A DNA stretch of 64,000 bases. It comes from Candidatus Cloacimonadales bacterium. Its GTDB lineage: Bacteria > Cloacimonadota > Cloacimonadia > Cloacimonadales > JAIOQZ01. The stretch lies in assembly GCA_963674825.1 (NCBI GenBank), contig OY771587.1:1824001-1888000 (forward strand), given 5' to 3'. The stretch's first letter is position 1. Each line of letters begins with the position of its first letter. This document shows positions 56,262 to 64,000 of the stretch, in pieces. The notes below the pieces were generated by a model. That model searched no databases. It was not told the origin of the DNA and worked only from the letters and a program-made list of their open reading frames with translations. The position numbers and the translations under genes were made by a program.

Positions 56262-58346
56262 TTATTCTTTTTCTTCTTCGGGTACTTCTTCTGTTGCTTC
56301 TTCTGTCTCGGGCTCTTCAACCACCTCGTCAACTACCTCTTCAATCACCTCTTCAGTAGTTTCTTCCACTTCAGACTCTTCAACCACCTCTTCGATAGTT
56401 TCATCTGCTACGGTTTCTTCATCTTCAACCTCATCGTATTGACTGGCGTCAGGATGATCTTCGTAGTCATCGTAGTGGGTAGGAGCATCATGCTCTTCGA
56501 GTATCGGGGTCTCAGTATCTTCGGTGATTTCTTCACCGTCTTCCTTGGCTTGCTTCGCGCGCTTACGGGCAGCTTTGTTTTCTTCCCGTTTTGCCGCGGC
56601 TTCTTTACGTTCCTGGATGCGAGCTTCGTGCTCACGCAGGAATTCGGCCTTCTCGTCGCGGTTTCTTCCAAAGTAGAACGCCTTTACACTGAGAATGAGA
56701 CGACGATTTTCGGTGTCGAGTTCGATAACCTTCAGCGGCAGTTCCTCACCGATATCAAACGCGAATTGAAGCTTGTCGATGCGCGGAATCGCGAGATGCG
56801 ACATGGGAACGAATCCCTCCACGACCGAGCCGTTCGCGGGAACATCCACCAGGATTCCCTTGGGGATGAGCTTGCTGATTGTACCGGAAATTTCGGTGTT
56901 AACCGGCAGCAGGTGGTCCAGGTTTTCCCATGGATCGGAGTGCATTTGCTTCACGCCGAGAGCGATACGATGCAGCGCTTTGTCGATCGAGAGCACTTTC
57001 GCTTCGATTTCCTGGCCCACGCGATAGACTTCCTTCGGATGGTAAATACGCTTGGTCCAGGAGATGTCTGAGATATGCACCAGGCCGTCGATGTCGTCTT
57101 CGATCTCGACGAATACGCCAAACGGGGTGATACTCTTGATCTTGCGAGTAATCATTGCACCGATGGGGTAGCGTTCGTCGATGGTGAGCCATGGATTGGC
57201 TTCCATCTGCTTCATGCCGAGGGAGATGCGTTGCTCTTCCTTCGATACGGAGAGGACGATCGCGTTGATCGAGTCGCCTGCTTTGACGATCTGATTCGGG
57301 TGATTGATCTTCTTGGTCCATGACATCTCGGAGACGTGTACGAGACCTTCGACACCCGGTTCCAGCTCGATGAATGCACCGTAGTTGGTGATATTGACAA
57401 CCTTACCGGAGACCTTCGTACCCTCGGGGTACTTAGCTTCGATGTTCTCCCATGGATGCGGTACAAGCTGTTTGAGTCCGAGTGAGACGCGGTCGTTGTC
57501 TTCGTCGAATCCGATCACCTTGACTTTGAGTTTATCCCCGATGTTGAGCATTTCGGAAGGATGCTTGATGCGACCGTAGGACATATCGGTGATATGAAGC
57601 AGTCCGTCGATTCCACCCAGGTCGATGAATGCGCCGTAGTCGGTGATATTTTTAACTTCACCATCCAGCTCGGCGTTGACCTGGATCTTTTCGCGCAGCT
57701 CGTCTTTTCTTTTCTCAAGGTCCTGTTCCAGAACCTGTTTGCGAGAGACGATGATGTTGCGGCGGTCTTCATCCAGCTTGATGATCTTGAATTCGCTTTC
57801 TTTGCCGATGAATTGATCCAGATTCGGAATCGGCTTGAGCGAAATCTGTGAACCGGGCAGGAAAGCTTCGAGACCCATGATCTCGGCAATCATTCCGCCC
57901 TTTACGCGACGTTTGAGCAGTCCCTTAACCGTCTGGCGGTTCTTGTACATCTCTTTGAGCTTCTCGAGATGCATGTAGAAATCTGCTTTCTTCTTGGACA
58001 GCTTCAGCTTGCCTTCACCGTCTTCGATCGCGTTGATAAACACATGGACCTTGGTGTAGCGATCCGGCAGATCGGAATTGGAAAATTCACCGATCGGGAT
58101 CGTACCTTCAGATTTGAAGCCGATATCCACAAGGACTTCTTTCTCGTTGATGTCGATGACGATACCTTCGATGATTTGGCCGGGACGTATGTTGTTGAAT
58201 GTCTCTTCATACATCTCCATCATCTTTTCTTCATCGGTCATCGGCTTCTCGGCCTTTGCCTCCGTCGAGACTGTTTCCTGTTGCGTGTCGCTCTGCTCTT
58301 GTGTTTCGACGACTTTTTCGTTTTCGTCATGGTCCAGATACATCAT
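56262..58346 (-). CDS. rpsA: 30S ribosomal protein S1 with long acidic C-terminal tail
   Basis: Six S1-like repeats (VDIGFKSEG, AFLPGSQI, YGAFIDLGGIDGLLHITD, GLVHVSEMSW, etc.). Confidence 0.97.
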   Translation of the reverse strand: MMYLDHDENEKVVETQEQSDTQQETVSTEAKAEKPMTDEEKMMEMYEETFNNIRPGQIIEGIVIDINEKEVLVDIGFKSEGTIPIGEFSNSDLPDRYTKVHVFINAIEDGEGKLKLSKKKADFYMHLEKLKEMYKNRQTVKGLLKRRVKGGMIAEIMGLEAFLPGSQISLKPIPNLDQFIGKESEFKIIKLDEDRRNIIVSRKQVLEQDLEKRKDELREKIQVNAELDGEVKNITDYGAFIDLGGIDGLLHITDMSYGRIKHPSEMLNIGDKLKVKVIGFDEDNDRVSLGLKQLVPHPWENIEAKYPEGTKVSGKVVNITNYGAFIELEPGVEGLVHVSEMSWTKKINHPNQIVKAGDSINAIVLSVSKEEQRISLGMKQMEANPWLTIDERYPIGAMITRKIKSITPFGVFVEIEDDIDGLVHISDISWTKRIYHPKEVYRVGQEIEAKVLSIDKALHRIALGVKQMHSDPWENLDHLLPVNTEISGTISKLIPKGILVDVPANGSVVEGFVPMSHLAIPRIDKLQFAFDIGEELPLKVIELDTENRRLILSVKAFYFGRNRDEKAEFLREHEARIQERKEAAAKREENKAARKRAKQAKEDGEEITEDTETPILEEHDAPTHYDDYEDHPDASQYDEVEDEETVADETIEEVVEESEVEETTEEVIEEVVDEVVEEPETEEATEEVPEEEKE

Positions 58347-59242
58347 TCCTCCTTGTAACCGGGGATATCTTCGACGTTTATAGCCTTCAAATCCCTTGCA
58401 CCTATATTTTCGAGTATTTTATTATAGACATCGATTATAATCCAGTCCGGCGTCGATGCACCGGCGGTTATTCCGATATGCTTCTTCTCTTCGAACCACG
58501 CTGGATCGATCTCCTGCGCAGTTTCGATGTGATACGTGTCCGCCCAGCGTCCGCTGATTAGGGCCAGCATCTTTGTGTTGGAGCTGTTCTTGCCACCGAC
58601 AACTATCATCAGATCACTATGCTTGGCAAGCTGTAGCGTCGAATCCTGACGGATATTCGTCGCGTTGCAGATCGTATTGATCAGATGGATCTCTTCGCAG
58701 TCTGGTATCGCACGACAAACCAGTTCCTGGAATTTTTCCACGGACTGGGTCGTCTGGGAGATGATCCCCAGGCGACGATACATCCTGTTCGGAAACTCGC
58801 TCGCGTTCGCTACGATTTCTGCATCACCGTTCACGTACGATTTTAGCGCGATGACCTCAGGATGCTTCGCGTCTCCAAGGATCATTACATCGAATCCTTC
58901 TCTCTTCAGCTCTTCAGCGTGCCGGAACGTTTTGGAGACGTACGGGCAGGTCGCGTCGATGATTCTGAGATTCTTCGAATGAAGAAGATCCAATGTTTCA
59001 CGTGTAACACCGTGCGAACGGATGATCACGGTAGCGCTGGAAGGGATCTCGTCCACCGAATGGACGTGGTCGATTCCGTGCTCCTTCAATTTTTCCACCA
59101 TTTGCGGATTGTGAATGATCGGCCCCAGCGTAACAATGTTATCGCTTTCGGGGGCGGCTTTCATCGCCATATTTATCGCGCGCTTCACGCCGAAGCAGAA
59201 GCCGCTGTTACGCGCAAGACGAACCTTGACTTCAGAGCGCAT
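58343..59242 (-). CDS. ispH: 4-hydroxy-3-methylbut-2-enyl diphosphate reductase
   Basis: GFCFGVKRA, IIHNP, DATCPYV, HPEV, TICNAT..RQ, SSNT, TAGASTP. Confidence 0.96.
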   Translation of the reverse strand: MRSEVKVRLARNSGFCFGVKRAINMAMKAAPESDNIVTLGPIIHNPQMVEKLKEHGIDHVHSVDEIPSSATVIIRSHGVTRETLDLLHSKNLRIIDATCPYVSKTFRHAEELKREGFDVMILGDAKHPEVIALKSYVNGDAEIVANASEFPNRMYRRLGIISQTTQSVEKFQELVCRAIPDCEEIHLINTICNATNIRQDSTLQLAKHSDLMIVVGGKNSSNTKMLALISGRWADTYHIETAQEIDPAWFEEKKHIGITAGASTPDWIIIDVYNKILENIGARDLKAINVEDIPGYKEE

Positions 59243-59870
59243 TGATCCGCTCCAATATCATGCTCGACAATTCACGATAGCCCTCTTTATCGTCTGAATA
59301 GCCAGAAATTTCCTCCACCGTAATGGGCTTACCCACGATCATGCGGAGTTTGTATCTGCGGAACATGCAGCCCCACAGACGATGCGTGTTTTCAATTCGT
59401 ACCGGTATAACTGGTTTTCCTGAGCGGACAGCCACCATTCCGATACCCGGTCTCGCTTTGAATTGCTTCCGGCTACCTTCTGGAAAGATCAATACCGATC
59501 TGCCCTCATTCAGACGATCAAGAACCGTGTTCATCGAATTCCGGTCGATCATGCCACGCCGTATAGGAATTGCATTCACGTTATGGAAAATCTTGCCGAT
59601 CAACGGATTTTTAAAGATTTCACTCTTCGCAAGGTAACCGATCTCATACGGAAGCATCGAACCGATAAATGGCGGATCAGGATACGCCAGATGATTCGAG
59701 GCGATAATGGCATTCTGCGTATGCAAAAAACGTTCCCTATTTATAACTTTACCACCAAAGATTACAAAAAAGAAGAAACGCATAATCGCTTGAATCGCTG
59801 CGTAGCCAAAGCGCGGTTTTACCACCGTTGGTTGCACGTTGTTGTCGTTCACTTTGTTATCGCTTTTCAC
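59232..59870 (-). CDS. plsC: 1-acyl-sn-glycerol-3-phosphate acyltransferase-like
   Basis: NHLAYPD (HX4D), AKSE, FPEGSR, PVIPV. Confidence 0.85.
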   Translation of the reverse strand: MKSDNKVNDNNVQPTVVKPRFGYAAIQAIMRFFFFVIFGGKVINRERFLHTQNAIIASNHLAYPDPPFIGSMLPYEIGYLAKSEIFKNPLIGKIFHNVNAIPIRRGMIDRNSMNTVLDRLNEGRSVLIFPEGSRKQFKARPGIGMVAVRSGKPVIPVRIENTHRLWGCMFRRYKLRMIVGKPITVEEISGYSDDKEGYRELSSMILERINAL

Positions 59871-60540
59871 AATGATCTTTTATATATTGATAAAGAACTT
59901 TTACCTGTTCCTCGATCGACAGGTTGGTCGTATCGATTGCCACGGCGTCATCAGCCTGCTTCAGCGGTGCGATTGCACGACTGCTGTCGTTCTTGTCACG
60001 CCACCGAAGTTCTTCTTCGATCTTCTCAATGGGCTCGTTCAAGCCCTTATCCTGAAGCTCTCGCCAGCGTCTTTCCGCGCGAACGCGGACATCGGCTGTC
60101 ATAAAGAACTTGAAATCGGCGTCGGGGAACACCACCGTTCCGATATCGCGTCCGTCCATGATTACGCCACCCTTCTCGCCGAGCTTGCGTTGAAGATTCA
60201 CCATCTTCTCCCGCACAATGCCGATTACCGCAATCTCCGAAGCCAGCCGGGAAATATTCTCCTGTCTGATCTCTGAGGTTACGTCAACACCATCGAGCAG
60301 CAAACGGTTTCCTTCCGGATTGTAGCGAATGTCGATCGAGATCGAATCCAGCATCCGGGTCAGGCCGTCGAGATCGTCGAACGGAATTTCACGGTTAAGG
60401 GAGCATAGCGCGCATGCGCGGTACATGGCTCCTGTATCGATATATACATATTCAAGTTTATGGGCAAGTTTCTTCGCGGTGGTACTTTTACCGGAAGAAG
60501 CAGGGCCATCTATTGCGACGATATATTTCTCTTCTATCAT
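59857..60540 (-). CDS. cmk: Cytidylate kinase (likely start MIEEK at 60540)
   Basis: IDGPASSGKST, DTGAMYR, MDGRDIGTVVFP, RDKNDSSRAIAPL. Confidence 0.96.
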   Translation of the reverse strand: MIEEKYIVAIDGPASSGKSTTAKKLAHKLEYVYIDTGAMYRACALCSLNREIPFDDLDGLTRMLDSISIDIRYNPEGNRLLLDGVDVTSEIRQENISRLASEIAVIGIVREKMVNLQRKLGEKGGVIMDGRDIGTVVFPDADFKFFMTADVRVRAERRWRELQDKGLNEPIEKIEEELRWRDKNDSSRAIAPLKQADDAVAIDTTNLSIEEQVKVLYQYIKDHCEKR

Positions 60541-61260
60541 ACCTATTTTTCCAGTAAAAATCAAATTGATTTCCTCGAAAATATTCGTCAATATTTTTTT
60601 ATAATCGATTGCAAAAAGATTTCTTACATACACTCCACCTCAATGATGATGCAATGCGTTCTTGTTTCTATGAGCGGATTTCATCAGTAGGCCAGTTCTG
60701 AAAAAAAATCGCTCTTCTCGTGTCGGTTTTCAATAATACTGTTTAAAGCTCTTAAGGTTTCTGTAATTGGTTTCTGCAGGGGTTGTTGAAATTGAGGTAT
60801 GCGTATGAAGAGAAATCGTGTCTTTGGAAATATCCGCGAAATGAGCTTGCTAGATTATCAAATAAGGGTTCGAGGCTGTATACTGCTTCGCTAAGAAGGA
60901 AAGAATGAACACGCAAAGCAATTTTATCACTACCATGCTAATCACAGTAATCTCCTTAGCCTGTTTTACGCAGGAAAATCCATACCGGGAGGGGTTGATA
61001 TGCCCACCGTGATAATGGAGCTGATGTTTCAGATTGGTAACCTGATAAAGCTGAATATATGTGCTATGAGGATAAGGATGGACAACGGGAAAACTTATCC
61101 AGATGATTCTATTGAGTGTTAATCGTAGCGACAATATTGACTCACTTGGTGATTTCATCGCTTTTCTTCGTATAACTGTCGTTCCGCAAAGCATGCATAT
61201 CATCCTATTCTCGGATATATAGGTTCCATTTGTGCCTTTTGCTAAAATGAAAAATGGGAT

Positions 61261-62496
61261 TTATGCTTGATCACCAAGAAATTTAGATTGCATGCCATAA
61301 GCGGCCAGTAGCGTGAATATGGGTAAAATCGGCAAGCAATAACGCATATAGGCATGAAGCAATCCGTAGAAAATCCACACGGCGAGAACTACGGCCAGAA
61401 TACTATAGTGTATAGGATTCCAGCTCCTTCTGCCTTTCAACAGGATAAACCAGAGAAGAATGAACTGGATAAGGCTAATATAGAATTCCGCCTGTATGGA
61501 TGACAGGGTAAAGAAAAATATCATACCGAAGAATACCTTGTAGAAGATGACTTCCGGGTACTCCTTGAAAAAGCGCATGATCGAGACCATGTTCGACGGA
61601 TGATCGGCTTCGTGGTTAGGCATCCAGTAGCTTTCGTAGAAATCGTATGCTCTGTATTGTGCGGAGATAAGCTCTCCGGGTTGATCGTAGGGCAAGCTGT
61701 CAACGGAGGCGCGTGAGCCTTTGGAAAACTCGAAGTGCTCGACGATCATCTTGATCATATAGCCGTCAATAATGAACATTCTGCTGAAGCGGCTGTGGTT
61801 GTGCTCGGGATTGGAATTGAGCTTGGTGAATGAAACATAACCGACAGCGCTTGAAAAAATGAGTACGAGTGTAAGGATTAATACAGAAAGATTCCGCTTC
61901 CAGAGCCCGTAAAGGGCAAAAGGTAGCGGCATGAGAACCAGGATTGGTTTAAAATTACATGTGATAACCGTAATGACCAGGATTGCGAGATAATGATACC
62001 ACTTACGATTTGCGAGCGCGAGGATAATCTCCAATGTGAGTGCAGCTACAAATGGCATCATGAAGAAGTCTGGAACTGATTGCCCACTCCAGTGCAGGAA
62101 TGGAATATTGGCTATGAGAAGGAATACGCCGAGTAGAAATCGGCGGCTATTCAGCTTGAGTTGCCAGGCAATCAGGTACATTAGAAGTACAGTCAGAGCT
62201 GCGAAAATGATCTTGGTAAACATGTAAATGTAAATATGCAAGCTTTCAGGAAAGAAGTGGTGTGGATAAAACACAAGAATCGACATGAAGCCCACGCCGT
62301 AATTGAAGAAATTTCCTGTTTCGAGCTGCTTCACGGCTGCTGCGCGATAGGTTATGATATCGCCTTTGAAAGTGAAGCTCTGGTAGTCCTTATGTTTATA
62401 CTGACAATACGCATAAGTCGCTGTGTAATATAGCGCATAATATAAAACAATTGCTGTAACTGCAATAATCAATGCTCGTCGGGTAGGCCCCATCAT
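61261..62496 (-). CDS. Polytopic membrane protein, possibly GT-C/ArnT-like
   Basis: RBS GGAG; many hydrophobic segments; GD...Y near the N-terminus, an FKP motif and RYCLPILP near the C-terminus, as in GT-C-like proteins. Confidence 0.55.
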   Translation of the reverse strand: MMGPTRRALIIAVTAIVLYYALYYTATYAYCQYKHKDYQSFTFKGDIITYRAAAVKQLETGNFFNYGVGFMSILVFYPHHFFPESLHIYIYMFTKIIFAALTVLLMYLIAWQLKLNSRRFLLGVFLLIANIPFLHWSGQSVPDFFMMPFVAALTLEIILALANRKWYHYLAILVITVITCNFKPILVLMPLPFALYGLWKRNLSVLILTLVLIFSSAVGYVSFTKLNSNPEHNHSRFSRMFIIDGYMIKMIVEHFEFSKGSRASVDSLPYDQPGELISAQYRAYDFYESYWMPNHEADHPSNMVSIMRFFKEYPEVIFYKVFFGMIFFFTLSSIQAEFYISLIQFILLWFILLKGRRSWNPIHYSILAVVLAVWIFYGLLHAYMRYCLPILPIFTLLAAYGMQSKFLGDQA

Positions 62497-62661
62497 ATTT
62501 CTCCGTTCTGTGATTCGAAACAGCAGAGATACAGGTAGCTGAAGAATGGAATAATACTTTACCTGTAATATTGCCGATTAATATAATTTCTTTTAAAAGG
62601 AACGACGGAAGTGTCAAGTCATTTTTATCAAGCTGATAATGCGTGAGGTTGATTCAAATAA

Positions 62662-62752
62662 TGGCGGAGATGTAGGGATTCGAACCCTAGACCCAGTTTC
62701 CCGGGCACACGATTTCCAATCGTGCTCCTTAAGCCAGCTCGGACACATCTCC
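62662..62752 (-). tRNA. tRNA-Ser(GGA)
   Basis: Minus strand GGAGATG...CACGA-TT-GGA-AA-TCGTG, long variable arm, GGTTCGAATCC, CATCTCC-G-CCA. Confidence 0.96.
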
Positions 62753-62867
62753 GCTTAGGTGATGCAACAAAAATCAGACGGTTTTTTTTGTAAACGATTT
62801 TTTTCAGCTTGTTGAAACAAGCAAAGAGATCTGGTCCAGCTCGACGCAATCAGCAGGGATAACTCAA

Positions 62868-64000
62868 TCAATGCCTGAAATGACGAGTGCCGGTCATGAT
62901 CATCGTGATACCGTATTCGTCGCACGCGTCGATGACCTCTTGGTCACCTTTCGACCCGCCAGGTTGGATCACTGCTTTGATGCCGAGTTCGTGGATGCTG
63001 TCGATGCTATCGCGGAAAGGAAAGAATCCATCGGAACCGCATACCGATCCGTCGAGCGACAGCCCGAATTTCTCTGCCTTGCGGATGGCGATCTCGGTGG
63101 AATCAATACGGCTGGTCTGGCCAATCCCGAGTCCGATAGAGCGATCATCAAGCGTGAAGCAAACGGCATTCGATTTGAGTAAAGCGACCGTCTTCCAGGC
63201 AAATCGCAGAGCCTTCATCTCGGTCTCGTTGGGCTGGCGTTTGGTGACGATTTTCCATTGCGATTCGTCGTCGGGCAGAATGTCTTTCGTCTGGTACAGA
63301 ACGCCGTTCATGCAGCTTACAACCTGGTTAGGCTCGCTGTAGAGCTTCGAGATATCATAGCGGATCAACCGCCGGTTTTTCTTCTTTTTGAGCCGTTCGA
63401 GGGCTTCATTGGTGAAATCGGGTGCGAGGATGATTTCGGTGAACACCTCGTTGATCTTGAGCGCGCCTTCGAGCCCGAGTGTGTCATTGACGATCACGAT
63501 TCCGCCAAAAGGTGATTGCGTATCGGTGGAGAAAGCTTTTTCGTACGCTTCCGCGATGGTTGCAGCGCTGCCGATACCGCATGGATTGGTGTGTTTGAAG
63601 ATGCCGACCGTCTTCAAGTTATCTTCTTCGAGCGGAAATTTTCGGATCATACGTAGCGCGGCATCGATATCGATGTAGTTATTGTATGAAAGTTGCTGGC
63701 CATGAAGTTGCTCGATCGCTGAAAGGTCAGGATCTTCGTAAAGTGCTGCTTTCTGATGCGGGTTCTCGCCGTAGCGGAGGATTTCCTTGAGATGCGCCGT
63801 GGTTTGCAGCGTATCCGGTTGCTCAATGCCATCGATGCGATTGAAATAGCCGCTGATCATGGTATCGTAGCGTGCGGTGTGCGCATAGGCTTTCCCGGCC
63901 AGTTTCTGGCGAGCAGCAAGAGCCTGGTCTTCCGGCAGGTCGAGAATCTCAAGTGCTGTAGGATAGTCGTCGGGGTCGACGACTACAGTGATAAAACGGT
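62868..64000 (-). CDS. purH: Bifunctional AICAR transformylase/IMP cyclohydrolase (5' end beyond the window)
   Basis: LRYGENPHQKA, LSYNN, KHTNPCG, KSNA, GQTSR, SDGFFPFRD, IQPGGS, RHFRH; the frame stays open to the window edge. Confidence 0.96.
   Translation of the reverse strand, partial: RFITVVVDPDDYPTALEILDLPEDQALAARQKLAGKAYAHTARYDTMISGYFNRIDGIEQPDTLQTTAHLKEILRYGENPHQKAALYEDPDLSAIEQLHGQQLSYNNYIDIDAALRMIRKFPLEEDNLKTVGIFKHTNPCGIGSAATIAEAYEKAFSTDTQSPFGGIVIVNDTLGLEGALKINEVFTEIILAPDFTNEALERLKKKKNRRLIRYDISKLYSEPNQVVSCMNGVLYQTKDILPDDESQWKIVTKRQPNETEMKALRFAWKTVALLKSNAVCFTLDDRSIGLGIGQTSRIDSTEIAIRKAEKFGLSLDGSVCGSDGFFPFRDSIDSIHELGIKAVIQPGGSKGDQEVIDACDEYGITMIMTGTRHFRH

Noticed and set aside
60850..61203. 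117-aa minus-strand ORF
   Set aside because: No recognisable motifs and unusual composition; cannot be supported as a gene.

Overview
Bacterial chromosomal window, most likely from a Cloacimonadota-like or FCB-related anaerobe. This is inferred from the secreted C25 and M1 peptidases ending in 'N(Y/S)PNPFNP' FlgD-Ig/T9SS-type domains and from the cytoplasmic TPR sensors. Left part (1-17.4 kb) looks like the end of a genomic island integrated in tRNA-Thr(CGT). It holds the distal end of a type I-E CRISPR array, a TPR-sigma54 activator, a sigma54 promoter with enhancer and IHF sites, a pseudo-receiver and a 3160-aa secreted LamG/beta-helix protein. These are followed by an orphan transposon-like end fused to the 3' half of cas2, a 4-repeat mini-array with the same repeat, a RhuM-family gene, a large serine recombinase and the displaced 3' half of tRNA-Thr. 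Immediately beyond this att-like site is a second, paralogous module (17.4-31.1 kb): sigma54 promoter, pseudo-receiver, 2929-aa giant protein, TPR histidine kinase, NtrC-type regulator and a small secreted protein sharing the giants' C-terminal domain. The rest comprises an Ehr (NiFe-less hydrogenase-4-like) membrane complex, a C25 peptidase, mntP, a polysaccharide-modification cluster ending in rfbB, an M1 aminopeptidase, cmk-plsC-ispH-rpsA-aroK, a membrane protein, tRNA-Ser(GGA) and the 3' part of purH. The best candidates for something new are (i) the duplicated 'TPR sensor -> sigma54 -> pseudo-receiver + giant secreted protein with pore-former-like hairpins' module and (ii) the transposon-end/cas2/mini-array junction, which suggests a mobile element carrying CRISPR and cargo. 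All calls are by eye; no database searches were run.
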